Of a DNA stretch of 64,000 nt, positions 1 to 12,400 are shown one piece after another. The stretch is from positions 11,429,947 through 11,493,946 of the forward strand of contig NC_134030.1 of NCBI RefSeq assembly GCF_964204645.1, in the 5' to 3' direction. Both the position numbers and the translations under genes were made by a program. The stretch is from Tubulanus polymorphus (taxonomy: Eukaryota; Animalia; Nemertea). Position 1 is the first letter of the stretch, and every line of letters starts with the position of its first letter. The notes beneath the pieces are model-generated. The model did not search any database and was not told the origin of the DNA. It worked only from the letters and a program-made list of their open reading frames with translations.

Positions 1-330
1 AAAACTTGTGGAGGGTGCTGGTACCTGTGGACTGAGGCCAGGACAACAGCACAAACTAACGAAACGAAACGACAAAATTGAAAAATTTAAGAAATCAACA
101 CTGATTCACATTTTTCTTCATCCATACTTAATTATTTCATTATTTATGATGGAAAGCACAAAGATTTTAAATGTATGTTGGAAAACCATCAAAAATGAGA
201 ATTGTCGTTTCGTCTTGGAAGTTTTATATAAATCCTTGTAGGTCCCCTTGTCTTATCATGCCACATGTGGAATACAGAGAAATGGCGGCCAATGGCAAAT
301 TTGTGGAGAAATTAATTAATTAATTTCTCA
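1..330 (+). repeat. Dispersed repeat fragment (second copy at 47145-47545)
   Basis: AAAACTTGTGGAGGGTGCTGG...GAAATGGCGGCCAATGGC is colinear with 47145-47450. Confidence 0.8.
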
Positions 331-499
331 AATTAATGTTGATTAATCACTCGAAACATACAAAAAATTGCATTATTTCAAAAGGTACCTGTGTTAGTTT
401 GTGAATTAAGCCATTAATTGTGGACTGAAGTGAATAGAAAGTATATTTTTGAAGTGTTACTTTTTTCAACCATGTTTTGGCCCTTGTCATCCCTAACGT

Positions 500-1880
500 T
501 GGTATAAGCCCATCCGATTATAAAAAGCTTACCACCAACGATGAGGTAACTAACTAGGAACGTAGGTGAGGAGTGGAGTATGGTATTTGTTCGTCCGCTC
601 TCCCACCCTAAAATTGATCAGAGGACAATCTCGGTCAAACGGGACCGAGCTACGACATAAAAAAACAACATTTTGAGTAATTTTAGAGAGACATAGGCCT
701 ATTGAATTTTCACATTTTATTAATTTAGTCTGTATTGGGAATCCCGAATGTGGCAATAAATTCAATTCAAAACAAATCAATAAATTCACTGGTTCGCGAT
801 TTAAATCATCAAAAATATTATAAAACACGTTTTCAAAGTCAACAAGGTAACTAAGTAATTTATTTTAGGTAATACTGTGAGACGGAAAAATTATGCGAGA
901 ATTATTAACATCAAATTGATGACCATTGGTATCCCAAACATGGGTAGCCACAGCACTTTTTGATTGGGGTTTTTGATTAATTATATCTTTCTTATGCTCT
1001 TTTATACGAATGCTGAGGGAGCGACCAGTTTCACCTATATAGAATTTATCACAATCTAAGCAAGGGATTTTATAAACACCAGCATGGGTATTGGACAGAG
1101 TATTATTTTTGGATAAATGACTAGAGATTTTGTTATTATACTTGAATATGATATCAGTGTTAAGCGCATTGAGAGTGGGTTTCAATTTGTCTAAACACGG
1201 GACAAAAGGGACAACAATGCGAGACTTACGTTGAATAGAGTTATAATGAACACGGATAAAATTAGGTTTAAGGGATCTTTTAGCTTTACGTAGCGCAAGG
1301 TCTAAGACGTAATCTGGATAAGCTAATTTGTTAAGACAATTGCGTACATATAAAATTTCAGATTCAATAAATTCAGGGTTACAAATTCTAAGAGCCCAAA
1401 GAAACAACCCCTGGGCTACAGACAACTTGATATTAAAACTAGTGAAGGAAAAGAAATGCAAATATGAATTAGAGTGGGTGGGTTTCCGATAAATTGAAAA
1501 AAGGAGATGATCAAAACAATTGTGTATAAGAACATCCAGGAAAGGAATCACATGATTGGATTCCCATTCAAATGTGAACTTTAGGCTAGGGTAACATGAA
1601 TTTAAGAAAATAAGGGAAGGTTAAATTTATCAGAAACCAAACAAAGAACATCGTCAACATAACGAAACCAAGCTTTGGGAGGGATATCTGTATACAAAGG
1701 CAAAATTTCAGTTTCAACATGTTCCAAAAATAAGTTAGCTAAGATAGGAGAGAGGGGATTCCCCATAGCAAATCCAAAAATCTGTTGAAGAAATTCCCTT
1801 TAAAATGAAAATACATATTTTGCAAACACAGTTCAAGTAAATCAATGAGACATTCAACAGAAATGGGAAAATCGAGGAGG
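500..1880 (-). mobile_element. Penelope-like retroelement remnant (RT C-terminal half + GIY-YIG endonuclease), 5'-truncated and frameshifted
   Basis: Minus strand reads QIFGFAMGNPLSPILANLF (~1730-1790) and WFRYVDD (1650-1670). ORF 865..1551 has IPFLDV, IYRKPTHS and GVYKIPCLDCDKFYIGETGRSLSIRIKEH. Confidence 0.93.
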
Positions 1881-1999
1881 AGGCCCGGTAGTTCCACAAT
1901 GTATTTGCGTGATATTTTGAATTTATTGGCAGTTCATATTTAGCGCCATTCTCGCGAGATTATAAACAATCCGGAAATAAAATCCAAGCCCATCGCCAA

Positions 2000-2105
2000 A
2001 CCCCTGTGCATTGCTGATGACATTTTGAATCTGATAGTCTACTTTAGTAATGTTTGTAATTGATTGAACCATTTACACGGAGAGGTGTGGATCTGCACTT
2101 TTACC
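2000..2105 (-). repeat. Fragment similar (inverted) to the interior of the MITE at 15191-15865
   Basis: TTGCTGATGACATTTTGA...GAGGTGTGGATCTGCACTT is the reverse complement of ~15543-15625. Confidence 0.6.
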
Positions 2106-2987
2106 TATAAGCTGCCTTAAATTTTATAATTTTCAACACACCAACAAGGACCCAAGGTCAAAGCCCATATTCAAGTGACTGACATCCCGAACTATGGTGG
2201 AATGTTGGGGTTCAAGTAGAATGACCCCAAATGCTGGGGCACAATAATAGTGTGAGATTGGTGCGGTTTCTGACATTTTTCATACTTTACTATCCTTTTT
2301 CTGACTATTTCCGGATCGTTCCAGAATAAAATAGAATTGATCGGATCTTTCCAGAAAGCTAATCGTGTAACGGCACGGAGGGGGGGTACCGCGGATTTCC
2401 GGAAAATCAGAATTATTTTTCCAGAAATTTCCGGATTGTTCCAGAATAAAATAGAATTGCTTATCCAGGAATTTCCGGGTCTCTCCAGAAAGCTGATCGC
2501 GTAACGGAACGATGGGGGGAGGGGGTACCGCGAAATTCCGGAAAATCAGAATTATTTTTCCAGAAATTTCCGGATCGTTCCAGAATAAACAAGAATTGCT
2601 CTTCCAGAAATTTCTGGATCTTTCCAGAAAGCTGATCGCGTAACGGCACGGAGGGGGGGGGGGTACCGCGGAATTCCGGAAAATCAGAATTATTTTTCCA
2701 GAACCGGATAGTTCCAGAATAAATGGGTCACCTGGATACCATAACAAAGTTTTACCGTTTTGTGTGAATATTAATTGATAAAATGGCGTTTTATTTACGA
2801 CTCTGGGAACTGTGTACTTTTTTGAAAGTATCAGAGCTTTTTCCTAAATGTATGCCAAGTTGATAGAAGTATTTTTGTACATATCTTGGAGCTTCTGAGG
2901 ACAACGATTTTGAGACGAATATAGTACATATATAATGGTAGGAAAAAGTAGTCGCTTCTCATCTGTTATGACATTCAAAAAAGTGAA

Positions 2988-5393
2988 ATGTGCCGTGATC
3001 TTTATGGGGTCATTAGTCAACAATATCCGGATTTACTTAGGATGGAAACTATTCATAAAGATATAATTTATGGGACAGTGTCATCCAGAAGAGATGGATT
3101 TAAACCAATCGTGCTAATGCCGCCGTTACAGATGTGCTTGTTTTGCGAACGAAAAATATCTTTGAGAAATGAACCGTCTTTTCCAGATGTATTTACCAAG
3201 CCGGGGTACACATAGCGGCTTCGTTTTCTGGAGAATGTAGGCATTGTGTGAACAAGAAGCTTTCATATCACCCGCAATATTTCACAATAAATGGAATTAA
3301 GGACGAACGTTATTATTATGAAAATCCAAACGAAACCTATTTTCTATCAACATCTCAAACCGTGTTTTCCATTGATTATCTTGAAAATGTTTCCGTCTCA
3401 ATAAATCATTTCCGTGCCTCTTTCAAAGCGCTCGCAGACGCCTACAACGAAGAACACGAAAATTCGAACAAAACAAGACTGCACTGTTCATCAGTCTTTT
3501 CGCGTACTCCAACAAGTGATGGTCAAAATGATTCGATAAATTGGTACCTGAATGAACTCAGACTCAAAGAAGCGTGGTTTTTGTACAGAATAACTAGGTA
3601 ATCAAAACTGAACTACCCAAACCTGAAGAAGCCAATATCAAATTTCAAATACTTAAAGAATGGACACATCGATTTAGATGCAATTTGCAAACAAGCGTGG
3701 CCGGTGAGTCTTTGAAAATCGTTCCACAATGTTGACAAGAAAGATATAGGCTACTGATCTCCTGCTACATTTCACATTGAGTCCATGTTAACATTACATA
3801 TACTTATAAGAAACCCACATAACAGAAACGAACTAGGATTCTAACCATCTAAACCCTAACCTTAAAAACTATGGTACTCTCAAGCATAACCACCCACCAA
3901 AAAGAACCTAACCCTGTAAACTCTAACTCTCTAAACACTAAACCCTCTAATTTCTCTCTTAAACCTTATCCCTAAACCCCCCCATTAAAACCTAACCCTC
4001 TAAACACAAAACCCTTACCCCCTAAACCCTAACCCTCTAAACCCTAACCCTCTGAACACTAGAACCCTCTTAAATCTAACTCTCTAAACCCTGAACCCTC
4101 TAAATTCTCTCTAATTCTGTGAACCCTGAACCCTCTTAACACTAAACCCTAATCCTCTGAACCCTATAAACCCTAAACCCCTAAAACCTAACCCTCTAAA
4201 ACCTAAACAATAAACCCTAACCCTCGAAAACCTAACCCTCCGAACACTAAAACCCTCTAAATTCTAACTCTCTAAACCCTTAACCCTCTAATTTCTCTCT
4301 TACCCTCTAAACCCTAACCCTCTAAACACTAAACCCCCTAAACCCTAACCCTCTAAACCCTTACCCTCTAAACACTAAAACCTAACCCTCTAAACACTAA
4401 ACCCTAGCCCTCTAAACACTAAAACCTAACCCTCTAAACACTAACCCTAACCCTCTAAAAACACTAAACCCTAACCCCCTAAACCCTAACCCTCTAAACC
4501 CTAACCCTCTAAACACTAAACCCTAACCCCTTAACCACTAAACCCTAACACCCTAAACCCTAACCCCTAAACCCTAACTCTCTAAAACCTAACTCCCTAA
4601 CCTCGTAAACACTTACCCTCTAAACACTAAACCCTGACCCCCTAAACAATAAACCCTAACCCCTTTAAAACTAACCCTCTAAACCCTAACTCGCTAAAAC
4701 CTTACCCCCTAACCCCGTAAACACTTACCCTCTAAACACTAAACCCTGACCCCCTATACAATAAACCCTAACCCCTTTAAAACTAACCCTCTAAACACTA
4801 ACCCTCTAAAACCCTCTAAAACCTAAACACTAAACCCCTTAGGCTAACCCTCTTAACCCAAACCCCTTTAAAACCTAAAACTCTAAAACCTAACCCTTTA
4901 AAAACTAAACCCTAACCCCGTAAACCCTTAGCCTATAAAACCTAACGCTCTGAGACCTAACCCCCAAACACCACTCCTCTAAACCCTAACCCCCTAAAAA
5001 TATCTTCAAATAAACCAATTGCCGTCTTGATATTCAAATGCTGATTGTTTCATAGGCCTAATGGGAAATGGTTCATGCTTTGTTTATATAGAATCGCAGA
5101 CAATAACGCGATTATTTGCGATCTAATTTTAAAATAAGCTTAGCAGTTCTTAACTCGTTATATTAAAGGTAGGTTTATTTGAAGAAAAAGAACAAAAGTG
5201 GATTAAACATGTGTGCGAAACGAAGGGGTGTAGGGAGGGGTACGTCACTATCGATGGCAATGAAAAGCTTCATCGGGCAGTGTGTGCAGCGGATAATGAA
5301 GTACATTTTGACGATACAAACTCATCAATCAAAATCAGAACCATCATAACATGTCAGGATGACCCTTCTTATGGCGGGAAACACAAAGAATAG
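2988..5393 (+). pseudogene. N-terminal part of a KDZ-associated transposase (CxC5- and CxC6-like domains), intron 3704..5168
   Basis: LMPPLQMCLFC...GECRHC...YHPQY...RYYY...SFKALADAYN...LKEAWFLY (CxC5-like), then KWIKHVCETKGCREGYVTIDGNEKLHRAVC (CxC6-like). Frameshift near 3210, stop at 3599. Donor GTGAGT (3704) and AAG acceptor (5168) join in frame. Confidence 0.7.
3850..4995 (+). repeat. Degenerate telomere-like (CCCTAA-based) minisatellite
   Basis: Mixed TAAACCCTAACCCTC and TAAACAC units over ~1.1 kb. Confidence 0.9.
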
Positions 5394-5724
5394 AATTTTC
5401 CGGAAAATTTTGGAATTATGTGTTTAAATTGTAACACCACAATTTTTGGAATGAAATTTCCAGAAATTTCAAGAAAAATCCGGAATTCATTTTGTGGAAT
5501 TCGAAGTGGCCCCCCCCCCCTGCGATAATGATATTTCTAGAATTTTCCAGAAATTTTGGAATTATTTTTTTAAATTGTAAGACCCCTCCTTAGATTTTTC
5601 CAGAAATTTCTAAATGATTCCGGAAATTGAGGAAATGTCAGAAACCGCACCATTATGAATAGTGTTCGGTACATGGTCGATGTACTAAATAGGTCATTCG
5701 CATCAATACTTTGTCACGATTGAT

Positions 5725-5880
5725 TTGCGGCATGCGACAAAACCAAAATATTGAATTTGCCGCGGGCGACAAAAAAAAAATAATGAATTGTCGCGGGCGA
5801 CAACACAAAAATAATAAATTGTCGCGGGTGACAAAACCAAAATATTGAATTGTCGCGGGCGACAAAACCAAAATCATTAT
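5725..5880 (+). repeat. ~31-bp tandem repeat (TGTCGCGGGCGACAAAACCAAAATATTGAAT), ~5 copies
   Basis: Direct repeats, each containing the small palindrome TGTCGC-GG-GCGACA. Confidence 0.8.
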
Positions 5881-6221
5881 TTTGTCGTGTTATCTTAGTT
5901 TTGTCGTTTTATCGTAATGTCGCCCTCATTTGCATATTCGTATTTTTTTACGCATGGCCCATATCAGCCACCATACCAAACCAACCCAAGACGGAGAAAA
6001 CTTGGGCCGACATGTTTTTAAACCCAAACAATAAACAAAAACTCACCACATTTAGTCCTGTAGTCGTTCAAAGGCAGCAGTAGTCAATCACACACGGCTT
6101 ATCCAAAATGATAATCGGAGGATTTCCACACTAAAAAGTGTATATCATTACTAACGTTTTAATAAGACGCCTACAAGCGATACTAACTACTCTGGGAAAA
6201 CCCAGGCCTTGCACAGCGCGC

Positions 6222-6264
6222 TATATAAGCTTACATATTACTGGGATTCGAACCTTACTCAGTT
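6222..6264 (+). promoter_or_regulatory. Candidate DHRS4 core promoter (TATATAA 6222-6228; Inr-like TCAGTT 6259-6264)
   Basis: Both motifs lie 50-90 bp upstream of the ATG, but TATA-Inr spacing is longer than canonical. Confidence 0.35.
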
Positions 6265-6313
6265 CATTCACTTCATTTCGCTCAGGCAGTAGTGAAGGTG
6301 TAAACATCCGAAG

Positions 6314-6477
6314 ATGAGAGCCCTTGCAGCTGCCCTAGTAAATAATGGTATTACTGCCGCCGCTCTGCCTTCAATTCGAACAAGTATTGCACGAAGAATG
6401 ATGAATAACGTAGCTTCTGAAATGAATAGAAAGAAGTTGGATGGGAAAGTTGCAGTTGTCACCGCTTCGACTGCTGG
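6314..6477 (+). CDS. DHRS4: DHRS4 coding exon 1 (MRALAAAL...LDGKVAVVTASTAG)
   Basis: ATG at 6314, open frame to the donor GTGGGT at 6478 (phase 2). Alternative in-frame ATGs at 6398, 6401 and 6422. Confidence 0.88.
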
Positions 6478-9400
6478 GTGGGTATAAATTAGGCCTAGAT
6501 TTCTAATATTTTTCTGACAGGCACAGTAGTAGGCTACTACAGGGACTTGTTGACACAAAAGGATTTTGACCCCAATATTAGGTACTATATATAAAACGAC
6601 AAGGGAGCCAACTCTCCGTCAGATGGTCGATAGGTAGCCTATGTCACTTCAACAGTTCGTAATCTTTTTGAATGAAGGCTTAATAAAATTTCTTATCGAG
6701 AATTTTATCTCGTCCATTTGTACGTTGCTTCGACCATAAACAAAGACCAGTAAGAAAGCAACAAGCGAGATCTTGCAGTGATAGGAGGTTTTATTGTATC
6801 CTTCGGAATTTTAGGATAACATCTTAAAAGGATTACGCGTGACGATGAATAGTCAGTAGCGAAGAGATTTTTATTGCAAATGAACTAAAACATGGCGGAT
6901 TGGCTCAACTCCAGAACAGGTAAAAGTAGATCTGCCCAGGCTGAGTACATAGCACGTATTCTTCCGCGAGCCAGGTAGCCGACCTGTTTTACTCGTCGAC
7001 AATTCCGACGATTTAGAATTGCCCACCTATTATACTCGTCGATAATTCCGACGATTTAGAATTGCCCACCTATTTTACTCGTCGACAATTCCGACGATTT
7101 AGAATTGCCAACCTATATTACTCGTAGACAATTCCGACGATTTAGAATTGCCGACCTATTTTACTTGTCGACAATTCCGACGATTTTAAATTGCCGACCT
7201 ATTTTACTCGTCGACAATTCCGACGATTTAGAATTGCCGACCTATTTTACTCGTCGACAATTCCGACGATTTAGAATTGCAATATCTTTTATATAATAAT
7301 ATCCCCTGATATAAAGTGGCTGGGATCGAGGGGCTGCGTGTTTGCGCGGATTACCCTGATATAAAGTGGCTGGGATCGAGGGGCTGTGTGTGTGCGTGGA
7401 TTACCCTGATATAAAGTGGCTGGGATCGAGGGGCTGTGTGTGTGCGCGGATTACCCTGATATAATGTGGCTGGGATCGAGGGGCTGCGTGTGTGCGTGGA
7501 TTACCCTGATATAATGTGGCTGGGATCGAGGGGCTGCGTGTGTGCGTGGATTACCCTGATATAATGTGGCTGGGATCGAGGGGCTGCGTGTGTGCGTGGA
7601 TTACCCTGATATAATGTGGCTGGGATCGAGGGCTGTGTGTTTGCGTGGATTACCCTTGAATAAAGTGGCTGGGATCGAGGGGCTGCGTGTTTGCGTGGAT
7701 TACCCTTGAATAAGGTGGCTGGGATTGAGGGGCTGTGTTTTTGCGTGGATTACCCCTGATATAAAGTGGCTGGGATCGAGGGGCTGTGTGTGTGCGCGGA
7801 TTACCCTGATATAAAGTGGCTGGGATCGAGGGGTTGTGTGTTTGCGTGGATTACCCTTGAATAAGGTAGCTGGGATCGAGGGGCTGTGTGTTTGCGTGGA
7901 TTACCCTTGAATAAGGTGGCTGGGATCGAGGGGCTGGGTGTTTGTGTGGATTACCCTGATATAAAATGGCTGGGATGAAGGACCGTGTGTAGATTACCCT
8001 TTATAGATACAAACTGCAATCGGCATCAAGTGGCCGTGTCGTTGCTTGAAAATTTATCTTCCCTTCAACAATTCTAAATCGTCGGAATTGTCTACGAGTA
8101 AAATAGGTCGGCAATTTAAAATCGTCGGAATTGTCGACGAGTAAAATAGGTCGGCAATTCTAAATCGTCGGAATTGTCGACGAGTAAAATAGGTCGGCAA
8201 TTCTAAATCGTCGGAATTGTCGACGAGTAAAAAAGGTCGGCAATTCTAAATCGTCGGAATTGTCGACGAGTAAAATAGGTCGGCAATTCTAAATCGTCGG
8301 AATTGTCGACGAGTAAAATAGGTCGGCAATTAGAAACCGAACCACTCACTTCATTAAAGAAAATCCTCCACGATGGAACTATATTGACCTATTCTGGAGT
8401 TGAACCGGCGGATTTAGGTTCCAATTTCCAGTTCTGACTATCGCCATTAAACGAGCAAATGAAGAGTAAGACGATATTCTGTATTCACGGACAGATTTAT
8501 TTATAGGCATATGTGGACCTAGTGATCAAATGGAAGTTTTGAAATTGGGGTCATTAGGACATCCCTGTACTGACATCTTCACTTGTAGGCCTAATGCCTA
8601 TGACCTAATCAATACAAAATTTGAATATCTAGGATCGGTTTTGCCATTGCGAAGCGCCTTGGACAGGATGGAGCACGAGTTGTTATATGCAGTAGAAAGC
8701 AAGCTAATGTTGATGCTGCTCTTGAAGTCCTTAAGGCTGAACGTTTAGGCCTAGAAGTTATGGGTGTAACATGCCATGTTTCCCAGAAGGAAGATCGACA
8801 GAAACTATTAACAAAGGTATTCTTTAATGAGGAACTTCCGACAGAACTGTAGCAATCAAGGATTCCACTCATGGCGAGCAAGGATCCGGCAGGTTTGCTA
8901 GTAGTTACTCAGTCTTCCAGGTTCTCTTTCTTCTCAGTTGAATTTGAATAAGCTTTACCCTTGAATTAATCAATTATTGATAGATAGCCTATAGGCGACC
9001 AATCACTGAGTAGAAAAAAGAATTTAATGTAGGCCTATATTTGGTGGGTTTTGTGATAATGTTTGGATTCGGGGAAAATTCAGTTAAAAGTTCACCGACA
9101 ATGATTTGAATTTGAATGTAAGACTGAGTGCTTGTCATGTCATCTTGTGGGATAGCTAGTGTTGTGAGATAGGGATTCCCTTTTCTGATGGATCTTGGGA
9201 TCTCTACTACATATTAACTGAATATCCCTTTTAGCTTTTTATCTTGAACTTGGGACTTGAGACCCAGCGGGCTATTGTGTTCACTTTTCATCCATTCATG
9301 CATCCCTATAGACTGAATCCAGTTATTTTGGAAAGTTTTGAAGACGCTTTGATGGATTGTCTTGATATTGGATATATGCATATATCTAGCCTAGATATAC

Positions 9401-12400
9401 AACTTGAGCCCAAACCGGCCTGATCAGAATCAAGATGGACAACTAGCAGCCATTGTTGTTTGCGAAAATCAGCACTTTTTTTTTTATTTTTTCATTGCCA
9501 TTTTTCATTGGAATATGTGATGGGTAGTCTTTGGGAAGGGATCTTTAGCATATCAGATGGGTTTTGCGATAGTTAATTATCGCTCAATTGATGGCCTTCT
9601 TGGTGTCATCAGTCCTCATTCGTAAGTAGAAGAAGGTTTTTGAGGAAAGTATCAACAGGTTTCACTTAAAGTTTTCATATTTGATTATTAATAAAACACT
9701 GTCATAGGATACACCTCACATGGATTTTGGATTGCCAAGTGTTTTCTTTTTGCCACCAGGCGAGTTAAACATTGAATCATATACAATTTGTCTATTTATA
9801 TCGGTAGCTATGCATATTTTGTAACCACATTCATTGCAAAGTTGTTGGACATGTTCTATGATTCAATAACATTAAGCAGTAAGATTCAATGGTCACCAGG
9901 GGGTTAAATAGTGGAATAAATATAGCTACAAAGCAGCGACAATGGCCTTCTGCGTTGCTGGTTTAAATGTCGCACTGGGAAGCGTACAAAGATTTCATCA
10001 AAATAATTCTAGTCAATTAATAATGTACAACCATTTTGAAGGAGCACGATTCATATCCGCGATATGTGGATCCACAAGGGCTACCACGTAAAAAGTACTG
10101 ATGTACCTTGTTTGGTGCTTTCATAGTTCCGTTGGGAGTTGCATGAACTAATCGTAACCGTTGGCATATGGCACTTATGTGTATATGTTCTTATACCATG
10201 TTTTTGATGTGACATGCATTCGTGAAGCATTTTGATAATATCACATCACTAAAGATCTTGATTTGTTCTAGGCCTATTAAGAACTCAATGTAGCTTAGAT
10301 ATTAGGCCTAAAATCACACCTACGTATATTCTTGTTCGCTCTTCTGACATGGTATATTACCATTATGACGCAATTGGTGGCCATCTTGGTGTTATCAGTT
10401 TTCATTTGTAGGTGGGATAAAGTTTTTCCACATTACATTGATACCTAAGCATATTTTGTTACCAAAATCAATTGCAATGTTGTAGGTCATAACTTCGTCT
10501 ATGATAGTGCTCACTTTTGAGGACATAAGTCATTCTATACGGTCACCAGGGAGCATTGAATAGTAAAATAACTTAGTATTTCCTTACTACATTGGTACCT
10601 AGGCATATTTTGTTACCATGATCAATTGCAAAGCTGTAGCTCGTGATATGTTCTATGATTGTGGTGAGTTTCAATAGTAGAATAACTAAGTATTTTCATA
10701 TTACATTGGTAACGAGGCATATTTTGCTATCACAATCAATAAGAAAATCGTAGCTGCTGACATGTTCTATGATTGATGTGGGTTTCAAGATCATTGGTTA
10801 TTGTATATGGTCACCGGGGGCATTGAATATCAAAATTGTTAGATTGTTGAGCATTTGAAACCACTTCCCAAGTGGGCATGGTGTCCCTGGACCCCTGGTT
10901 TGTATATGGTCTTAGTGAACAGACAAGCTTAGAGATCCAGTACTATGATCTCTGAAATCATTTATTACAACATCATTGCGAAACATTGTATTGTCTAGAC
11001 CCACTGTTTGTGCGAGCTCATTAAACCAATAGCCTCATGCAGGAAATCTATATATAGAATATGCGGTTACACGTTTCAGTCCATTCAACAAGCCTTGATC
11101 ATACTTGATTAATAAGATTAGGGGATTTGGATATTGTCAGAGCCATCCATTTTCATTTACTCGTGACATAAACAACTAATGATCCATCATGGCAGCAGAC
11201 TTATTTTGTCATTAGTCAGCTGGAAAATCTTGCACCAAAAGCCCATTGAAATTTAAAAATTTTCTTGCATGCAGTGCTAACAACTGCTGGCCAGCCATCA
11301 GTAAGTCGATACTTTACTTTTGATAATTCTACAGTTTTCAAACCTCTCTGTTTTCATCCCTGCAAGGAACACTATTTGAATAAGTTTACACACTTTCATA
11401 TTTTAAGACTCAAGAACATTTTGGAGGTATCGATATTTTGGTCAACAATGCTGGAACAAATCCGCAGTATGGTGATATGTTAGAAGTAAGTGTGCTTCCT
11501 TTTAAAATATGCTTTCTTGTAGGCTTTGATTATTGCATAAGGAACCTGCAGCCAGAATTTCTTAACTTAAGGTAAACAGTTTTATCCTTAGAATATGACA
11601 AGATTACCACTGGTTTCAAGTTGGATTCAATTTATTTCCAAAGATTTAATTGAATGAACTCAAATCTGGAACTGGGACAATTCATTACAGTAGGCCTAGG
11701 CCTATATAAAATCCATAAAAGAAATAGGTCCTAAACTATTTCTGTTATGTAAAGCTGTCAAGTTTGAAATTAAACTTTTTGGATGAAACAGTTTTTCATC
11801 CATTTGGGACTTAAGTCCCAGCTAGCTTTTTTGTCCACTTTTCATCCATCTGTCCATTGATGGGATTCAGTTATTTTAAGAAGTTTTTTGAAGACAATTC
11901 AATGGATTGTCTTAATTTTTAGCCCACTTGGGACTTTAGTCCCAGCGGGCTATTGCGTTCACTTTTTGTCCGTCCGTCCGTAGACGGAATCCAGTTATTT
12001 TGGGAAGTTTTGAAGAAGCTTCAATGTAATGTCTTGATATTTGGGTTACACATGTATCTACCCTAGACACATCTTCAGCCCAAAAACTGGCCCTGTCAGA
12101 ATCAAGATGGCTGACTGGCAGCCATTGTTGTTCGCCAAAATCAACACTTTTTACACATTTTTGATCTTTTTGAGGGAAATTTTGAAGACGCTTCGATCAA
12201 TAACCTTGATCTTTTGGATGTATGTGAATCCCCCCAGGGCCCATCAGCATAACAAAAATTGGGTTGATCGGACTGAAGATGACCGTCCTTTGACCTTTTT
12301 AAGTGCCCAAAAATGTCAATTTTGGCCCGAATTCTGAGTCCTGTAGCTCCCTACCTGTTTGCCATTTCTCATTGCAATTTGTGATGGGTATTCTTTGAAA

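Larger units (their letters stand above)
2260..5651 (+). mobile_element. KDZ-type (Kyakuja-like, CxC5/CxC6) DNA transposon relic with TIRs, internally deleted
   Basis: 19-bp TIR GGTGCGGTTTCTGACATTT (2260-2278) and AAATGTCAGAAACCGCACC (5633-5651), ATT on both flanks. Subterminal ~138-bp repeats at 2300-2720 and related motifs at 5390-5630. Internal broken ORFs carry cysteine clusters. Confidence 0.75.

Noticed and set aside
2280-2747. 155-aa and 62-aa minus-strand ORFs
   Set aside because: Products of the 138-bp subterminal repeats.
3850-4995. True telomere or chromosome fusion site
   Set aside because: Highly degenerate, single orientation, and internal to a transposon intron.
6241-6254. 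tRNA gene suggested by a minus-strand B-box (GGTTCGAATCCC); a similar motif lies at ~60198-60214
   Set aside because: No cloverleaf or A-box could be built; at most SINE or B-box remnants.
6978-8330. CRISPR-like appearance of the 43-bp and 50-bp repeats
   Set aside because: Units are head-to-tail with no unique spacers, there are no cas genes, and the context is a eukaryotic intron inside a TIR/TSD-bounded element.
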